This document shows, in pieces, positions 37,901 through 48,285 of a stretch of DNA of 64,000 nt; positions within the stretch are counted from its first letter, which is position 1; the number at the start of each line of letters is the position of its first letter. This DNA comes from a virus. A model generated the notes under the pieces. It was given only the letters and a program-made list of their open reading frames with translations. It searched no databases and was not told the DNA's origin. The stretch is taken from IMG/VR virus record IMGVR_UViG_3300021373_002787, positions 22,217 to 86,216 of that record; one strand, given 5' to 3'. Made by a program: the position numbers and the translations under genes.

Positions 37901-40900
37901 CCAGTGTAGTTTGTTGGAATAAAGTCTCCAGCCTCAATAACGCCAACTGTCTCAGAAGGAACAAATACTGATTTTCCAGCTGAATTACCTCCTGTAAAGA
38001 AGTGAGCATTAAATAACGAAAGTATGTCGCCTCCAAGATTTAATTTATTTGAAGTGTCTACATTTTCAGCTTGAATAAACTGGGTTAGATTAGAACTTCT
38101 AATTAATAGAGTCGCATTTTTTAAGTCATATCCATTTACCTTGCTCTTAACATATACTGCATCTCCGATACTATATGAATCGAAGTCACTATTATTTCTT
38201 ATAGCACTTGATAGAGCAAACGCAATATCATTATAAGATCCAAGTCCAGAAAAACTATCGCTAGTAAATCTTTTTCTTCCAAGACCTCCTGAAATATCGG
38301 CAAAGAAATTACCAATTGTTGGATTAACGTTTGTGTAAATCTCATCAGCTGCAATAATTGTAGAACCGGTTGAAGTAACAACTAGCTCATTGTCTACTAA
38401 GTTTGATTTTCTCTCGACAAATACGACCGAATTGTTTTGGTTTGTTATTTCGAGGCTTAAATCATATCTATTGTAAAATGCATGTTCTGCTGCTGAATAG
38501 ATTCCCGTGTTGTTTTCAATATCATATTCAACCTCACTCCATTTTAAAGATAGATTGTTCCAAGTATCGTTTCCAGTAGCTCCTGTAGAAAACTCAACGT
38601 AATTACCCGCAAAATCAGTTATCGTAATTGTTTCACCGTTTACGTTCTTAATAACTTTAAACCTTACCGCCTCTTTTTTAATCATTGAAACCTTGATCGA
38701 GTCATTTAACCCGGGAGTTCCAACAATTTTAAACTTAATATAATCAGCATCTGCGTTTGGATTATTAATCAATTCGGCGCTAACTTCTTTACTTGTAATT
38801 CCAAGCCTAGACTTTACAACCTCGTCATTTGCCCCAATAGAAACATTAAACCTTTTAGCATCATATGTTTTTAGAGGATCAAGCGTATAAAAATCATCTC
38901 TTATTTTTGCATATGCTAGAAGACCAGTATCTCTTAATAGCCTGTGTTCTGGAATAGCAAATGTTGGATCTCCTCCTTGTAAATATGAGTCAATGCTTTT
39001 AAATTTAATTATCCTATCCTGTACATAAGAAACCTCACCAATTCCTGAATCAAAATCATCAACGTATAGACCAAAGTATCTGTTAACTGAATATTCTCCA
39101 GCAGTTGGATCGTCAAACATAAACTCTAGGTTAACTAAATTAGCACATGCAACCTTGTTTCTTCTAAATCCATCAGTAATAAAGTCATTCGCATCGGTCA
39201 TCGAAAGATCCGACTTTACATAATCATCATAAATGTATTCTCCTTTTTGAACAAATCCACCTTTAATCAAGTCAATCCCATTGAATGTTGATTTTTCACC
39301 TTCTTCCATCGTCACTGTGATTGGAGAACTTGGGAAAAACTCATCTTGAACATATGACCTTAAGTATTTACCAATTGAACTTTGTTTTGAAAGATCAAAT
39401 ACCTTTACAATTTCTGAATTTGCAACTGCTTTTAAGATTCTGCTCTTTTTACCAACTGCACCATCTCCTAAATCCAAATCAGGGTTAGGATTGTTCAATC
39501 GGTAAATTACAAACTTTTTAGGTACATTTAAGTCTAACCAAATAGGAGCAAGAATTCTGTACTCTTCGTCATATAACTTAGACTTGTTTATTTTTGTACC
39601 ATATTGATACATTTCTTCGATTTGTTTTCTATATTGATCTAATACAGAAAAGTCTGAGTATTCTCTAAATACATCGAAAGTTGAATCAATCGGTGTTTTA
39701 TTATCACTGTAGAATCTAGAAACATCATATGCATAACTAGAATCTGCGCTAATTTCGTATCTCTTATATTTTGAATCTGCTAAATTTTGATTAGCATCGA
39801 AAGAATCCATATAGATGTTATCTAAACCATCAACGACAACCTTAACATTGGTGCTGAGTTTTGGATTAGTTCTTAAAAGAGGCTTTGATACATTATCTAG
39901 CTCATAGTTCTTCTCAATATCCATATTTGGACCAGGAACTATTGGGGCAGGAGTCTCATACTCTGCCATCGTATAGAGCAATGGATTATTTGCAATTGCA
40001 CAGTTTCCACAGTCTGGGAATAATGAAACAACCTCTAAGCTTCCTATTCCAATTTCAGTTGGAGAAACATCAACCACGTTTGGATAGTAATTTTCCAATA
40101 ACAACTTAGCGCTATCAATATCTTCAGAACGGAGCGTATGTGCGTATTCTAAACACTGACATACCCCGTTCACAGCACTTGAAAGTACAAGCTTATTCTG
40201 AACCTTCATATAATCAATAAGATCAGATATCGGACTTGTCTCTCCAATTCTGTGTAAACCATCTACGACATACATTGTATGTGCATCAAAACTGGTTGGT
40301 GAGGACTGGTTTATTGCGGTAGGATTACATCCATAAAACACATAGAATACATTATATCCTCCATCATCTAATAATTCTGACTCACTAATTGAAGGACTTA
40401 CAACCAAGGGGCATGTAAGTCCATTTGTCATACCTGTATTTGGTATTTGCTGGTATGTAGTTTGTACATTCCCAGAAGAATCTCTACCGATATAATACCC
40501 TCCAGTAAATTGCAAATATTCGTCACTTACAATACTACCATCTGCCGCCATTAATAACACGTCGCTTCCCTCACCAACAATTAAATTGTAGTCGCTATTA
40601 ATTGCAGCCTGTTCTGTCGTATATAGGTAAATATTGTATTGCGCTAGCGTTATTAAGTCAACTGTAGCGGCTGACATATAATAAAGAGTGGTTGTCTCTT
40701 TTGGATAGTGACAAATTGATAAGACGTTATTGCTTGTATCACATTTCGCTAAATTAACATCAATTGACCTAGGGGTAAGATTTCCACCTAAAATACAATT
40801 ACCCGTAGTTCCCCATCCACTTGCACCTATAAACTGTGTATAAAATATGGTGTTTTCTCCATAATACCCTAGTGGTGCAAATCCACTTGTTAATGTCTGA

Positions 40901-42633
40901 GGGCAATAATAAAATCCAACCGCATCTTCTAGGTTTGTAAATAACGGAATGTTATAATCACTAACTATTTCATCATATGTTAAAGTTTCACCGCCATAGT
41001 AGTAGTAAAATGTAGTTTGCGTGGCAGAACTACAATAGTCAGTAGCGTCGTTAGAATAGTATAGGCTTATTTCTGTACCCGCACTTGGAATATTATTTGC
41101 ACATTTAAAAGGAAGATATGCGTTTAGTGCAACTCCACCTAAAGAATCAAAGTTTTCATAATCAAATGGATCACCATCCGCGTGATGCCAATCACCATTA
41201 GTATCAAATAGATAAAACTCATTAATATCATCACCATAGTAACCTGCAAAGCTACCATCAAATGGTCGCATTCCAGGAGTGGTAGCTAAATCAGAAATCG
41301 AAACAGTCTCCGGTGGAGGACATGTTTCAAATATGTAAAGAGTCTCTGGAGTACCTGCGTTTTCTTGATTGTATATTAATTCTTCAATTGAAGAAAATTC
41401 AGTACCGCTCAGGTAATAAAAAGTTACCTGACCCTTTTCAATACAATATTCGCCATTTGGACTATTAGGATCGGTCAGAGAAAAGTATGCCGTCAATGAC
41501 CTTATTTCAGGATAACCTAAACCATCAAAAACACATGGAGTTGGATATTGACCATCGACCCTTCCTCCGTTTTGTAATCTCCAAGGGGCTATTGAACCGG
41601 CAACTGTGTTATCAAACGCTACTTCTGAAATCCATCCATTTTCAGGAGGTTCACCAAACGAACCTGGAGTATCAGTTATAAATGTCGGTATATTAGCGCT
41701 ATTAAGCTGTGTTAACGTCATTCCTAACTGTGCACCTGGGCTAGAAGGAGAATAATATAACCTATATTGACCGCTCAGTGCACCTGAATCAGCAGGAGTT
41801 CCGGTTGTTCCGTATAAATCATCGTGATTTGAAAGACATGGATTATTCCCATTACCTGCAACGGTTATATCGTTCTTATAAAAGACATCAACGAAATAAT
41901 TACCATTAGGAGAAGTAAGTCCTTCGTCATCTAATATCGTAATATTAGCTTCGGGTGTTGTAATCGTCGCTCCTGTAGATGGACTAGTTGTTTCAGCTAG
42001 GGTAAGGGTAAGTGTCTCATTGTTTGAGTCAGCATCATTATTAACCTCAATTTCTATGTAGCTTGTCCCACTTTGATTAAATGTAAGTGTGTTTGTAAGA
42101 AGCTGAACACTGCTTCCGCTATATGTCATTGTAACCGATAAATCAACCTGGCTAGATATATTTGTAGCAACTACACCAAGCTGAAACGTCTGTGTTTGGT
42201 TTGTTTCAGTGAATGTATATGATGATTGTTCAAACCCGATTTGGATTATTGTTGAAGCACATGTCGTTGGGTTAGGTTGAATTTGCCCGTTACTTACTTG
42301 AAAAACATCTGAATCAGTTAATTGCGTTCCGTCAAATTCACCATTTGAGTAAACTCCATCTGGTGGTAAATCGGCTGGGTCTAAATCTCCAGAAGCATAA
42401 ATAGTAATACTTGCTACTTGAAGCTCTTCGAGTGTTGCATTTGCTCCTATTTGTTGACCCTGCCCATTATCAAGAGTTTCGTCGTACCATACAAGATATC
42501 CGCCACCAGAAGAGGTTAACGCTGTTTGCCCTAATCCATCAAGCGGTTCATCGTGATTACCTGGACATGGATCTCCATTATTACCTACAACGGTAGATGG
42601 ATTTTTATAGTATATGAGCATGCTTACTGCCAT
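34963..42633 (-). CDS. Very large virion structural protein (2556 aa) with Cys-containing N-terminal repeats and a Calx-beta-like domain
   Basis: Repeated YYKN...GNN.DPC..NHD units; IGFEQSSYTFTE...ITILDDE; GATATATA upstream. Confidence 0.65.
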   Translation of the reverse strand: MAVSMLIYYKNPSTVVGNNGDPCPGNHDEPLDGLGQTALTSSGGGYLVWYDETLDNGQGQQIGANATLEELQVASITIYASGDLDPADLPPDGVYSNGEFDGTQLTDSDVFQVSNGQIQPNPTTCASTIIQIGFEQSSYTFTETNQTQTFQLGVVATNISSQVDLSVTMTYSGSSVQLLTNTLTFNQSGTSYIEIEVNNDADSNNETLTLTLAETTSPSTGATITTPEANITILDDEGLTSPNGNYFVDVFYKNDITVAGNGNNPCLSNHDDLYGTTGTPADSGALSGQYRLYYSPSSPGAQLGMTLTQLNSANIPTFITDTPGSFGEPPENGWISEVAFDNTVAGSIAPWRLQNGGRVDGQYPTPCVFDGLGYPEIRSLTAYFSLTDPNSPNGEYCIEKGQVTFYYLSGTEFSSIEELIYNQENAGTPETLYIFETCPPPETVSISDLATTPGMRPFDGSFAGYYGDDINEFYLFDTNGDWHHADGDPFDYENFDSLGGVALNAYLPFKCANNIPSAGTEISLYYSNDATDYCSSATQTTFYYYYGGETLTYDEIVSDYNIPLFTNLEDAVGFYYCPQTLTSGFAPLGYYGENTIFYTQFIGASGWGTTGNCILGGNLTPRSIDVNLAKCDTSNNVLSICHYPKETTTLYYMSAATVDLITLAQYNIYLYTTEQAAINSDYNLIVGEGSDVLLMAADGSIVSDEYLQFTGGYYIGRDSSGNVQTTYQQIPNTGMTNGLTCPLVVSPSISESELLDDGGYNVFYVFYGCNPTAINQSSPTSFDAHTMYVVDGLHRIGETSPISDLIDYMKVQNKLVLSSAVNGVCQCLEYAHTLRSEDIDSAKLLLENYYPNVVDVSPTEIGIGSLEVVSLFPDCGNCAIANNPLLYTMAEYETPAPIVPGPNMDIEKNYELDNVSKPLLRTNPKLSTNVKVVVDGLDNIYMDSFDANQNLADSKYKRYEISADSSYAYDVSRFYSDNKTPIDSTFDVFREYSDFSVLDQYRKQIEEMYQYGTKINKSKLYDEEYRILAPIWLDLNVPKKFVIYRLNNPNPDLDLGDGAVGKKSRILKAVANSEIVKVFDLSKQSSIGKYLRSYVQDEFFPSSPITVTMEEGEKSTFNGIDLIKGGFVQKGEYIYDDYVKSDLSMTDANDFITDGFRRNKVACANLVNLEFMFDDPTAGEYSVNRYFGLYVDDFDSGIGEVSYVQDRIIKFKSIDSYLQGGDPTFAIPEHRLLRDTGLLAYAKIRDDFYTLDPLKTYDAKRFNVSIGANDEVVKSRLGITSKEVSAELINNPNADADYIKFKIVGTPGLNDSIKVSMIKKEAVRFKVIKNVNGETITITDFAGNYVEFSTGATGNDTWNNLSLKWSEVEYDIENNTGIYSAAEHAFYNRYDLSLEITNQNNSVVFVERKSNLVDNELVVTSTGSTIIAADEIYTNVNPTIGNFFADISGGLGRKRFTSDSFSGLGSYNDIAFALSSAIRNNSDFDSYSIGDAVYVKSKVNGYDLKNATLLIRSSNLTQFIQAENVDTSNKLNLGGDILSLFNAHFFTGGNSAGKSVFVPSETVGVIEAGDFIPTNYTGVYNQVIHISDDTTNRNGTYKKLVLKDKNALKTRDYNIFANNRVTLGLFSAYDMYDMDFDFYSTSNSDLKELDLENSTNVTYQPQVDSNDPAVTLGVGTLEDSKNEIISPEFGNDPIDYFGNLLPLLKNEDSKTVETEKIYSEYDRLKENYTKEKSTDSRVVPTINKWVLKDGTTVREEPYHLNTNEAFGRTNFSPDITKEGREPGSFTHEWFYIDNWPTYFMPDTVNSGNIGAYSDDFNKGFSYINFVNDFEITKSLFESTQYDYFDRFMVGEGTETSTFINDGGVLYNPIFWSKANLTKKYTLIDGGSDVDFSSTIFKGLKFTFKKRKEDQSIVATEFVKNSDFNGYRFSVLAKTRTNSGTNSIDYEFIKNDKFKFIILMIDINIDDSFVNYINRKYMYELQHRIVSSFDTSGNPIYVYADVEIDGAIDVTNIQFNQPGPYVATGIPHNNGTVSRFDQQIAPGRDGTFGRIKIDYGQNYTPNGEDVFIDVVSVLGNEQLQISGPPYYTDANTGLKVNLNPLAIPYSVQTAATYTYIGGGVNAYEVLFNQLSANYFSNLVNNNPGEVTFTTISENGTSLTNQYAVGLDDGNEIVKESTLVAVDDVNRPKSFKLSKQTIGYDIVSQNPYYPFLIRHNGNYTVGLKPVVTFTDIYSFNKVLRNQKDYEPFNRSLKEPYYKMRISSTYDIYKSLAFYNKFNRLGVAFNLGFISDGGEHDKDWGMIKNHFYHKVNEINTLSVTKLSESSEYLPQYPLIGEVAIDKKDVNVFKSSWEAGYYTRSLNGGGVESVPGTISTLEEKSYLGSSAVKTKPSYAIYEFTTSSVNSETTLDGIKLKSNNTTDVVFFEDKDVILADFYLDDLIAKIIGEDGLSATIEKFVDPANSAGDKETVEDDAILYALDNMVPLYNIDSIDIYTNKFKGSGSEVVSSASIDLIDNGGYENDNNFTYEVHGKKSLNFRLIYNKKLGYSYSIRALIKIQS

Positions 42634-42688
42634 TCGAACTTAATAATTTTATAGTACTATACTATATATCAGTAAAACATACTGATGA

Positions 42689-45600
42689 TTATATACTAAG
42701 TTGAGCAGCTTTGATAGAATTCTTGTTAGATCCAGCGGATTTGTATTTTGCAAATACTTCTAAGTCAAATGAGAATTGTTCGCTATCAGAATCAAAGATA
42801 TCGATACCAATTCTCTTAGCATATGTGAGGTTAGTTATGTTAGTACCAAGTTGACCTCCAACTAGACCGATATCAGATGCAGGATTGTCTCCTGCATAGT
42901 CAGTCATTCTATATTGGAAAACAACATCAATTGAAACTGCGTTTGCCTCTCCAGTAGTTACATATTTTCTACCAAACTTATTATCACCATCAACTAATAA
43001 CGAATCAGTATTTGTTGGTGAAATGAATAGGTAAGAGCCACAAGATCTACCTCCAAGTAAATATTGATCATTTGCGTCAAATGACATTTTTAACGTTCTT
43101 GTGTCTACTCCATTTGGAAGAGAAGAGCTTCTATATCCTAGCTGCTTTTTACCATCTGTTGCCTCTCCATCATATGTTGATAGAATAGACATTGTGTATA
43201 GAGCATTATTATTTATTGATGCGATTGCTGTGTTCATCTCCGTAGCAGTCATTGCTGTGTTGTCAGCAGCAGAAGCAGAGTATGAAGTATATAGGTTTGC
43301 TAGATCTGGATGATCCTTATGTAAGAAAATTCCACTATCGTATGCCGTCGTTCCAACGCCCGAACCTGATCCTACCGAAATAACATCAACAACTGAGTCA
43401 CCGAACGATACTGAAAGATCATATGTAGTTCCAGCTGGGTTTAATCCATTTGCTGTCGCAATTCCAAATGAACCAGCCCATAAGAAGTTAGAAGTTGTAG
43501 CGTCTTCAGTTAGGTTAGTTGACGCCACAGAATATGATGTCCCATACTCATAATCAAATATTGTTCCAAGAGTATCAAGAGGGGTTACAGTATAGAGCTC
43601 TCTGTCATTTGCGATATCTGCAAATCTAGAGTATACAAATTGTCCTCTCCTCTGTGAAGACTGGTAGGGAGCTGAATAATTATATGTAGATCCTTCATAG
43701 GTTAATGAGTCTTCACCCTGAGATAAATTCTGGTATTGTATTGGTACTAAATCATATTTACCTTCAGTAGTATAGTAAGTGTCATCGATTACTTTGCCAT
43801 TAATCGATGCATTAACGTCTGGATTAACACCAAACCCATTAGTTACTGCGTCCGAAGCACTTGAAGAAGATCTGTAGGCTGGTAAATCTCTATCACCAAC
43901 AATTCTTGCAATTAATTCAAGTTGGGTTGCGTTTGTATTTTCAAGAAGAAGTTTAAATGTTTTAGTTACAATATGTCCCTTCTTAACCGTTAAGTCAGCA
44001 ACTTCTTCACTATAATATCCAGCAAATACTTTATTATTTGTGTTCTTATTAATGTTAGTTACGGTTCCCTCTTCACTTACAAGTTTAACTGAAAGTTCTC
44101 CTTTAATTCCAGAAATGGTTTCTTGTAGAGACTGAACTTCATTTTGAAGAGCATTCAACTTATCAAATAGTGAAATTGGTGTTTGTTCTGGCGATAAGAA
44201 TCCAGATGCAATTGTCGTAGCCGTGTGCGCGAAATATTTTTCATTTGCGACAAATGAGTCATCGACGTGCGAATAAACTCCTTTTGATTCAAGGTCTTCA
44301 TTTACCCTTACAATTGCAGATTCTGTCTCGTTCTCAGCAACAAGCGTTGAAATATCTGCAGTATCAAGAGTTCCTTCTGGGAAAGATACTCTAACAACAT
44401 CGCTCCAGTCTGATGTAATTGGATTTGCAGGGAAACCAGCTTCAGAGACTGATTTAACTCTAATTTCAACAAGCTCTCCCTTTTGAATTGGAATGTCTAA
44501 TTGGTTAAAGTTGACCTCTTGTCCGTCTTCTACTGAAGTTTCTCCCCAATAATATTTACCGGTCGTAGCATCTTTAATTCTTGATCTTACGCCTGATTTA
44601 ATTTCATTCCAATTTGAGAACACTCCAGTTCTTTCAGTAGAACCATCACTAAACTTAATTTGTGCAGCTTTTGACGTTTTACCGCTTGCTGAAAGATAGC
44701 GATATTGAACAACAAACTGAACCACCTCTTGTGGAATTGTTTCAGCAACAATCTTTGGTTCTGGAACCGACCAGAATCCTCTGATTCTAAACTTAGGTTC
44801 AATCTTAGTTATTTGCTGGTCACTTGCAACTGCTTTAATTTGGTTAACAATTGATCCATATAATTTTGCTTCAGAAGATCTCGTATCAATTAACGACTTA
44901 AGCTCGTTTCTATCTCTATCTCTTTCAATTAGAGACATATACTTCTTCGTTGAAACGGTTGATCTTTTCTTAACGATAGTATCGTCAAGATTTTTAAGAG
45001 CCTCTTGAACGTTAATCTTATCAGTGTTCAACCTCTTTACTTTTACTGTCGCATCGTTTTGTGTTAAGTGTTCGTTGATCTGAACCACTTGGAAGTTTTC
45101 AGCTTCAATTGTTGGAGCGTTTGGAGTTTTACCAAGCGTCGCAGGAGGAATAGCATCTTCTTTTAACGCTTTAATAAATTGACCAAAATCAGCAACCTCT
45201 TCTTTATAATATTCAGCTAATGTCTTTTTAACACCACTGTCCAATATTGTTGTTAAATCATTTGAATAGATTCCAACACCTGCCGACCAGTTTTCCGAAA
45301 GTATATTAGAATCAGGATCGATTGCTTTAATAAAGACAATCATGCTTTCGTCGAAACCGACATTGATTTCTACCTCAGTCTTAATTTCATTCGCCTTGTA
45401 AATTCTAAGAACATCTGTTCCAATTCTAATAGCCTCATAACCCTGTATAAGTTCAAGTGCAATTTGTCGGGTTGAGTTGATAATGTTCTTAATTCTATAT
45501 TTTGTACTCTTTTTACCGCTGTTTACAATTAGCTCATCACCAGTTCTTAAAAGCTCAGTATTATTTAGATCTTTTTCAGAATCAGTGTATGTTAATTGAT

Positions 45601-46321
45601 CGATCGTATATAATTTTACGTCTTTAGTAACTTCTTGTCCTTCTTTAATAACAGAACTCTGAACATTGTCGATTGAAGTGACATCAAACGTTCCATAGTA
45701 TTGAGTACTCTTATATGGAAGATCTCTTACCTCCTCATCTTCAAAGAATGGAATGTTGTTTGATGAAAGATCAGAAATAAACGATGAATATCCAATGTCT
45801 TCTGCCTCTTTGTATGGTTCGAACCATTCTTTTGCAAATTCAAAAGACGTGTCGATAATATACCTCTTAATCAGGACCCTTTCAGTGTCTGAGCTGATTT
45901 GCCCACTAACATCAAATTTAGTAGTTAGTAGTGGGTTTAAGAAGTCTTCAAAGAAATAGTTAGATTTAATTCCAAACTCTGATGGACTAACTAATTCTGC
46001 AATATCGTTTGCCGGAGACTTAAGAGTTCCAGTATAGATTCTTTGGTAAGTTCCATCCGGTAATTTTACCTTTGAAGTTGAATCGCCTAAATCAGTTAGA
46101 GCCCTGACATTTTGATCAAGTCTCTCTAACTCTCTTTTCATATAACCAAACGCAGGAACATAAACAGTCTTCGTGGTTCCGTCACTTGCTAGCAATTCCA
46201 ATGGAATGGTTTGCTTTTCAGTTGTAACGGCCTCGTTTATTCTCTCAAATGTCTTTAAAGAATTTACGTTAATTTCAAGCAATTGCTTGATAACTGAGGA
46301 TATAGAGTTATTTGTGTTCAT
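42689..46321 (-). CDS. Putative virion structural protein (1210 aa)
   Basis: Tail-module context; coiled coils and an FnIII-like segment (VEIRVKSVSEAG...SDWS). Confidence 0.6.
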   Translation of the reverse strand: MNTNNSISSVIKQLLEINVNSLKTFERINEAVTTEKQTIPLELLASDGTTKTVYVPAFGYMKRELERLDQNVRALTDLGDSTSKVKLPDGTYQRIYTGTLKSPANDIAELVSPSEFGIKSNYFFEDFLNPLLTTKFDVSGQISSDTERVLIKRYIIDTSFEFAKEWFEPYKEAEDIGYSSFISDLSSNNIPFFEDEEVRDLPYKSTQYYGTFDVTSIDNVQSSVIKEGQEVTKDVKLYTIDQLTYTDSEKDLNNTELLRTGDELIVNSGKKSTKYRIKNIINSTRQIALELIQGYEAIRIGTDVLRIYKANEIKTEVEINVGFDESMIVFIKAIDPDSNILSENWSAGVGIYSNDLTTILDSGVKKTLAEYYKEEVADFGQFIKALKEDAIPPATLGKTPNAPTIEAENFQVVQINEHLTQNDATVKVKRLNTDKINVQEALKNLDDTIVKKRSTVSTKKYMSLIERDRDRNELKSLIDTRSSEAKLYGSIVNQIKAVASDQQITKIEPKFRIRGFWSVPEPKIVAETIPQEVVQFVVQYRYLSASGKTSKAAQIKFSDGSTERTGVFSNWNEIKSGVRSRIKDATTGKYYWGETSVEDGQEVNFNQLDIPIQKGELVEIRVKSVSEAGFPANPITSDWSDVVRVSFPEGTLDTADISTLVAENETESAIVRVNEDLESKGVYSHVDDSFVANEKYFAHTATTIASGFLSPEQTPISLFDKLNALQNEVQSLQETISGIKGELSVKLVSEEGTVTNINKNTNNKVFAGYYSEEVADLTVKKGHIVTKTFKLLLENTNATQLELIARIVGDRDLPAYRSSSSASDAVTNGFGVNPDVNASINGKVIDDTYYTTEGKYDLVPIQYQNLSQGEDSLTYEGSTYNYSAPYQSSQRRGQFVYSRFADIANDRELYTVTPLDTLGTIFDYEYGTSYSVASTNLTEDATTSNFLWAGSFGIATANGLNPAGTTYDLSVSFGDSVVDVISVGSGSGVGTTAYDSGIFLHKDHPDLANLYTSYSASAADNTAMTATEMNTAIASINNNALYTMSILSTYDGEATDGKKQLGYRSSSLPNGVDTRTLKMSFDANDQYLLGGRSCGSYLFISPTNTDSLLVDGDNKFGRKYVTTGEANAVSIDVVFQYRMTDYAGDNPASDIGLVGGQLGTNITNLTYAKRIGIDIFDSDSEQFSFDLEVFAKYKSAGSNKNSIKAAQLSI

Positions 46322-46322
46322 A

Positions 46323-48269
46323 TTATCTTATGATGTCTACTTCAAATTCGTAAGTTACTGGATCGATACAGATAACTTCGATATATGGTTTATTTGTTAT
46401 CAATTCTGCCGGTATAATATCAGCGATAGTTACGTCAAATCCACCAGAAGTCCTAGTATAGATTTTAATGTTATTACCATCCATATTAATCGTCTCGAAC
46501 GATATTTTAACGATTTGACCTTCTTTCCAGCCGTTAGTCGAGTCGTCTATGTATATATTGAGATCATCGCTGGAATCACTTGTAGAAAACTTGTTAATGA
46601 AGCTAATTCTATTTGTAAATGGCTTAAGCTTACACCAAATTCCAAATTGGCTTAGTCCAGAGTTTGGATCCGCGATGTCAAATTGATTAGTTGTTGTAAT
46701 CGCATCTGAAACTGAATTATTTCCAAGATCCCACTTAAATAGGTTAAGGTTCTCATAACCTTTAACAGTACTGTTTACCTTAATTTTATTTTCTACTGAT
46801 TTATCTACCTGTGTTCCTATACCGTTAAACAGAACATCTGTATTATATTGTAACTCCACTGGAATAGTTCCATCAATTAAGGAGTTAAGTTTATCATGTG
46901 CCTTTGTAATCAACTTAAGCAAAGAGTCAGAATCCTCTAATTGAGTTGATGTATTTAGGAAGTCTGCCTCTAATTGTGCAATTCTAGCCTCTAGGTCTTC
47001 AGCGCTTTCTGAAGCCAAGACAAGTTTTTCCATCACATCAAGTCTATCTGTAATTGAACTATACCTTTCATTTGCTCTAATTAACAGCTCAGCAGCGTTC
47101 TCAAGCAATGTTGTTGTGTCCATGAAAAGATCCATTGAGAACGTCGTAAAGTCATTTACATTTGTCTCAACACCAACATTATCAAGAGAAGTGTTAAATT
47201 TAATATTTAATTTTAATGAATATGCGTTACCATTTAAACCGGTAACTTCATTTGGCTTATATTTAATTTGCTCATGAATTCTTGATCCAATTCCTCCTAA
47301 ATCCTTAACATCGTCAAGAATCAATATTCCATATAGGTTGGTTGACCTGTTTGCTGGAACAGAAGAACTATATAAATCATAGTAAACTAGAACTGCATTA
47401 AATCTAAAGTCCTGTCCCTTCTTTGAGAAGTCATTAAAGTTCTTTACAGTCGAATCACTTGTAATCGCATAATATGATTGTTCGCTCCAGTCAATTCCAA
47501 CGGCATTTGAACCGTTTGTATTGATGTCATAATAAGGACCCGTTGCAGAATCATATGCATCAACTACTGGGCTCAAGTCTAAGTTTGAATCAGGGTGCGT
47601 TTGCCCATCTCTTCCCTCGATAAACTGAGGATCAGCGTATAATTTAGTTGCTGTTGTGTTAAAGTTTCCTGGTTCAAAAAGAACGGTTGGTGTAGAACCA
47701 GCCGAAGATGGAACATTAATGTAAACTTCATGATATGCATTTCCTTTATATGCAATATCGTTCTCAGCATCAATCGTGCCTAGGTATTTTACGATTCGAT
47801 CATATACTTGACCGGTTTGTGTAGAGTTAGGGTCTTCGGAATAGTTTCCAACGTTACTCTCTGTTGAATCTGCTCCTCTAAATCTAATTGAACCCGTAGA
47901 GCTTAACCACTTAAAGAATAATTTTTCAGCATCCGACTTATATAATACTGGATCGAAATCATCGTCTTGTAAGATCAATTCCTCTGTGTTCAATACGTAA
48001 TTTTGGAAAGTATTTGCAAAGTCTACTCCTGGCCCATTTTGCGATGGCAGATAGCTTGCACCTGAAGTATCTTTTAAGAGTGAATAGTCGATCGTATTCG
48101 AATTATTAACAGACGTTGTAAAGTCAGGCAAATCCAATAGGGCATACCTGCTAAACTCAAATTTAAGGTCTGAGTTATTAAAAGCTCTCGTGATGTCTCT
48201 CGCTGCTGAAGCGAAAGCATACATTGTCCCACCTTGGGGTTGTGGTATTCTAACTAATGGTGTAGCCAT
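46323..48269 (-). CDS. Putative virion structural protein (648 aa)
   Basis: Tail-module context; FRFNAVLVYYD...NLYGILILD; central coiled coil. Confidence 0.6.
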   Translation of the reverse strand: MATPLVRIPQPQGGTMYAFASAARDITRAFNNSDLKFEFSRYALLDLPDFTTSVNNSNTIDYSLLKDTSGASYLPSQNGPGVDFANTFQNYVLNTEELILQDDDFDPVLYKSDAEKLFFKWLSSTGSIRFRGADSTESNVGNYSEDPNSTQTGQVYDRIVKYLGTIDAENDIAYKGNAYHEVYINVPSSAGSTPTVLFEPGNFNTTATKLYADPQFIEGRDGQTHPDSNLDLSPVVDAYDSATGPYYDINTNGSNAVGIDWSEQSYYAITSDSTVKNFNDFSKKGQDFRFNAVLVYYDLYSSSVPANRSTNLYGILILDDVKDLGGIGSRIHEQIKYKPNEVTGLNGNAYSLKLNIKFNTSLDNVGVETNVNDFTTFSMDLFMDTTTLLENAAELLIRANERYSSITDRLDVMEKLVLASESAEDLEARIAQLEADFLNTSTQLEDSDSLLKLITKAHDKLNSLIDGTIPVELQYNTDVLFNGIGTQVDKSVENKIKVNSTVKGYENLNLFKWDLGNNSVSDAITTTNQFDIADPNSGLSQFGIWCKLKPFTNRISFINKFSTSDSSDDLNIYIDDSTNGWKEGQIVKISFETINMDGNNIKIYTRTSGGFDVTIADIIPAELITNKPYIEVICIDPVTYEFEVDIIR

Positions 48270-48285
48270 TTATTCTTTAAATTAT

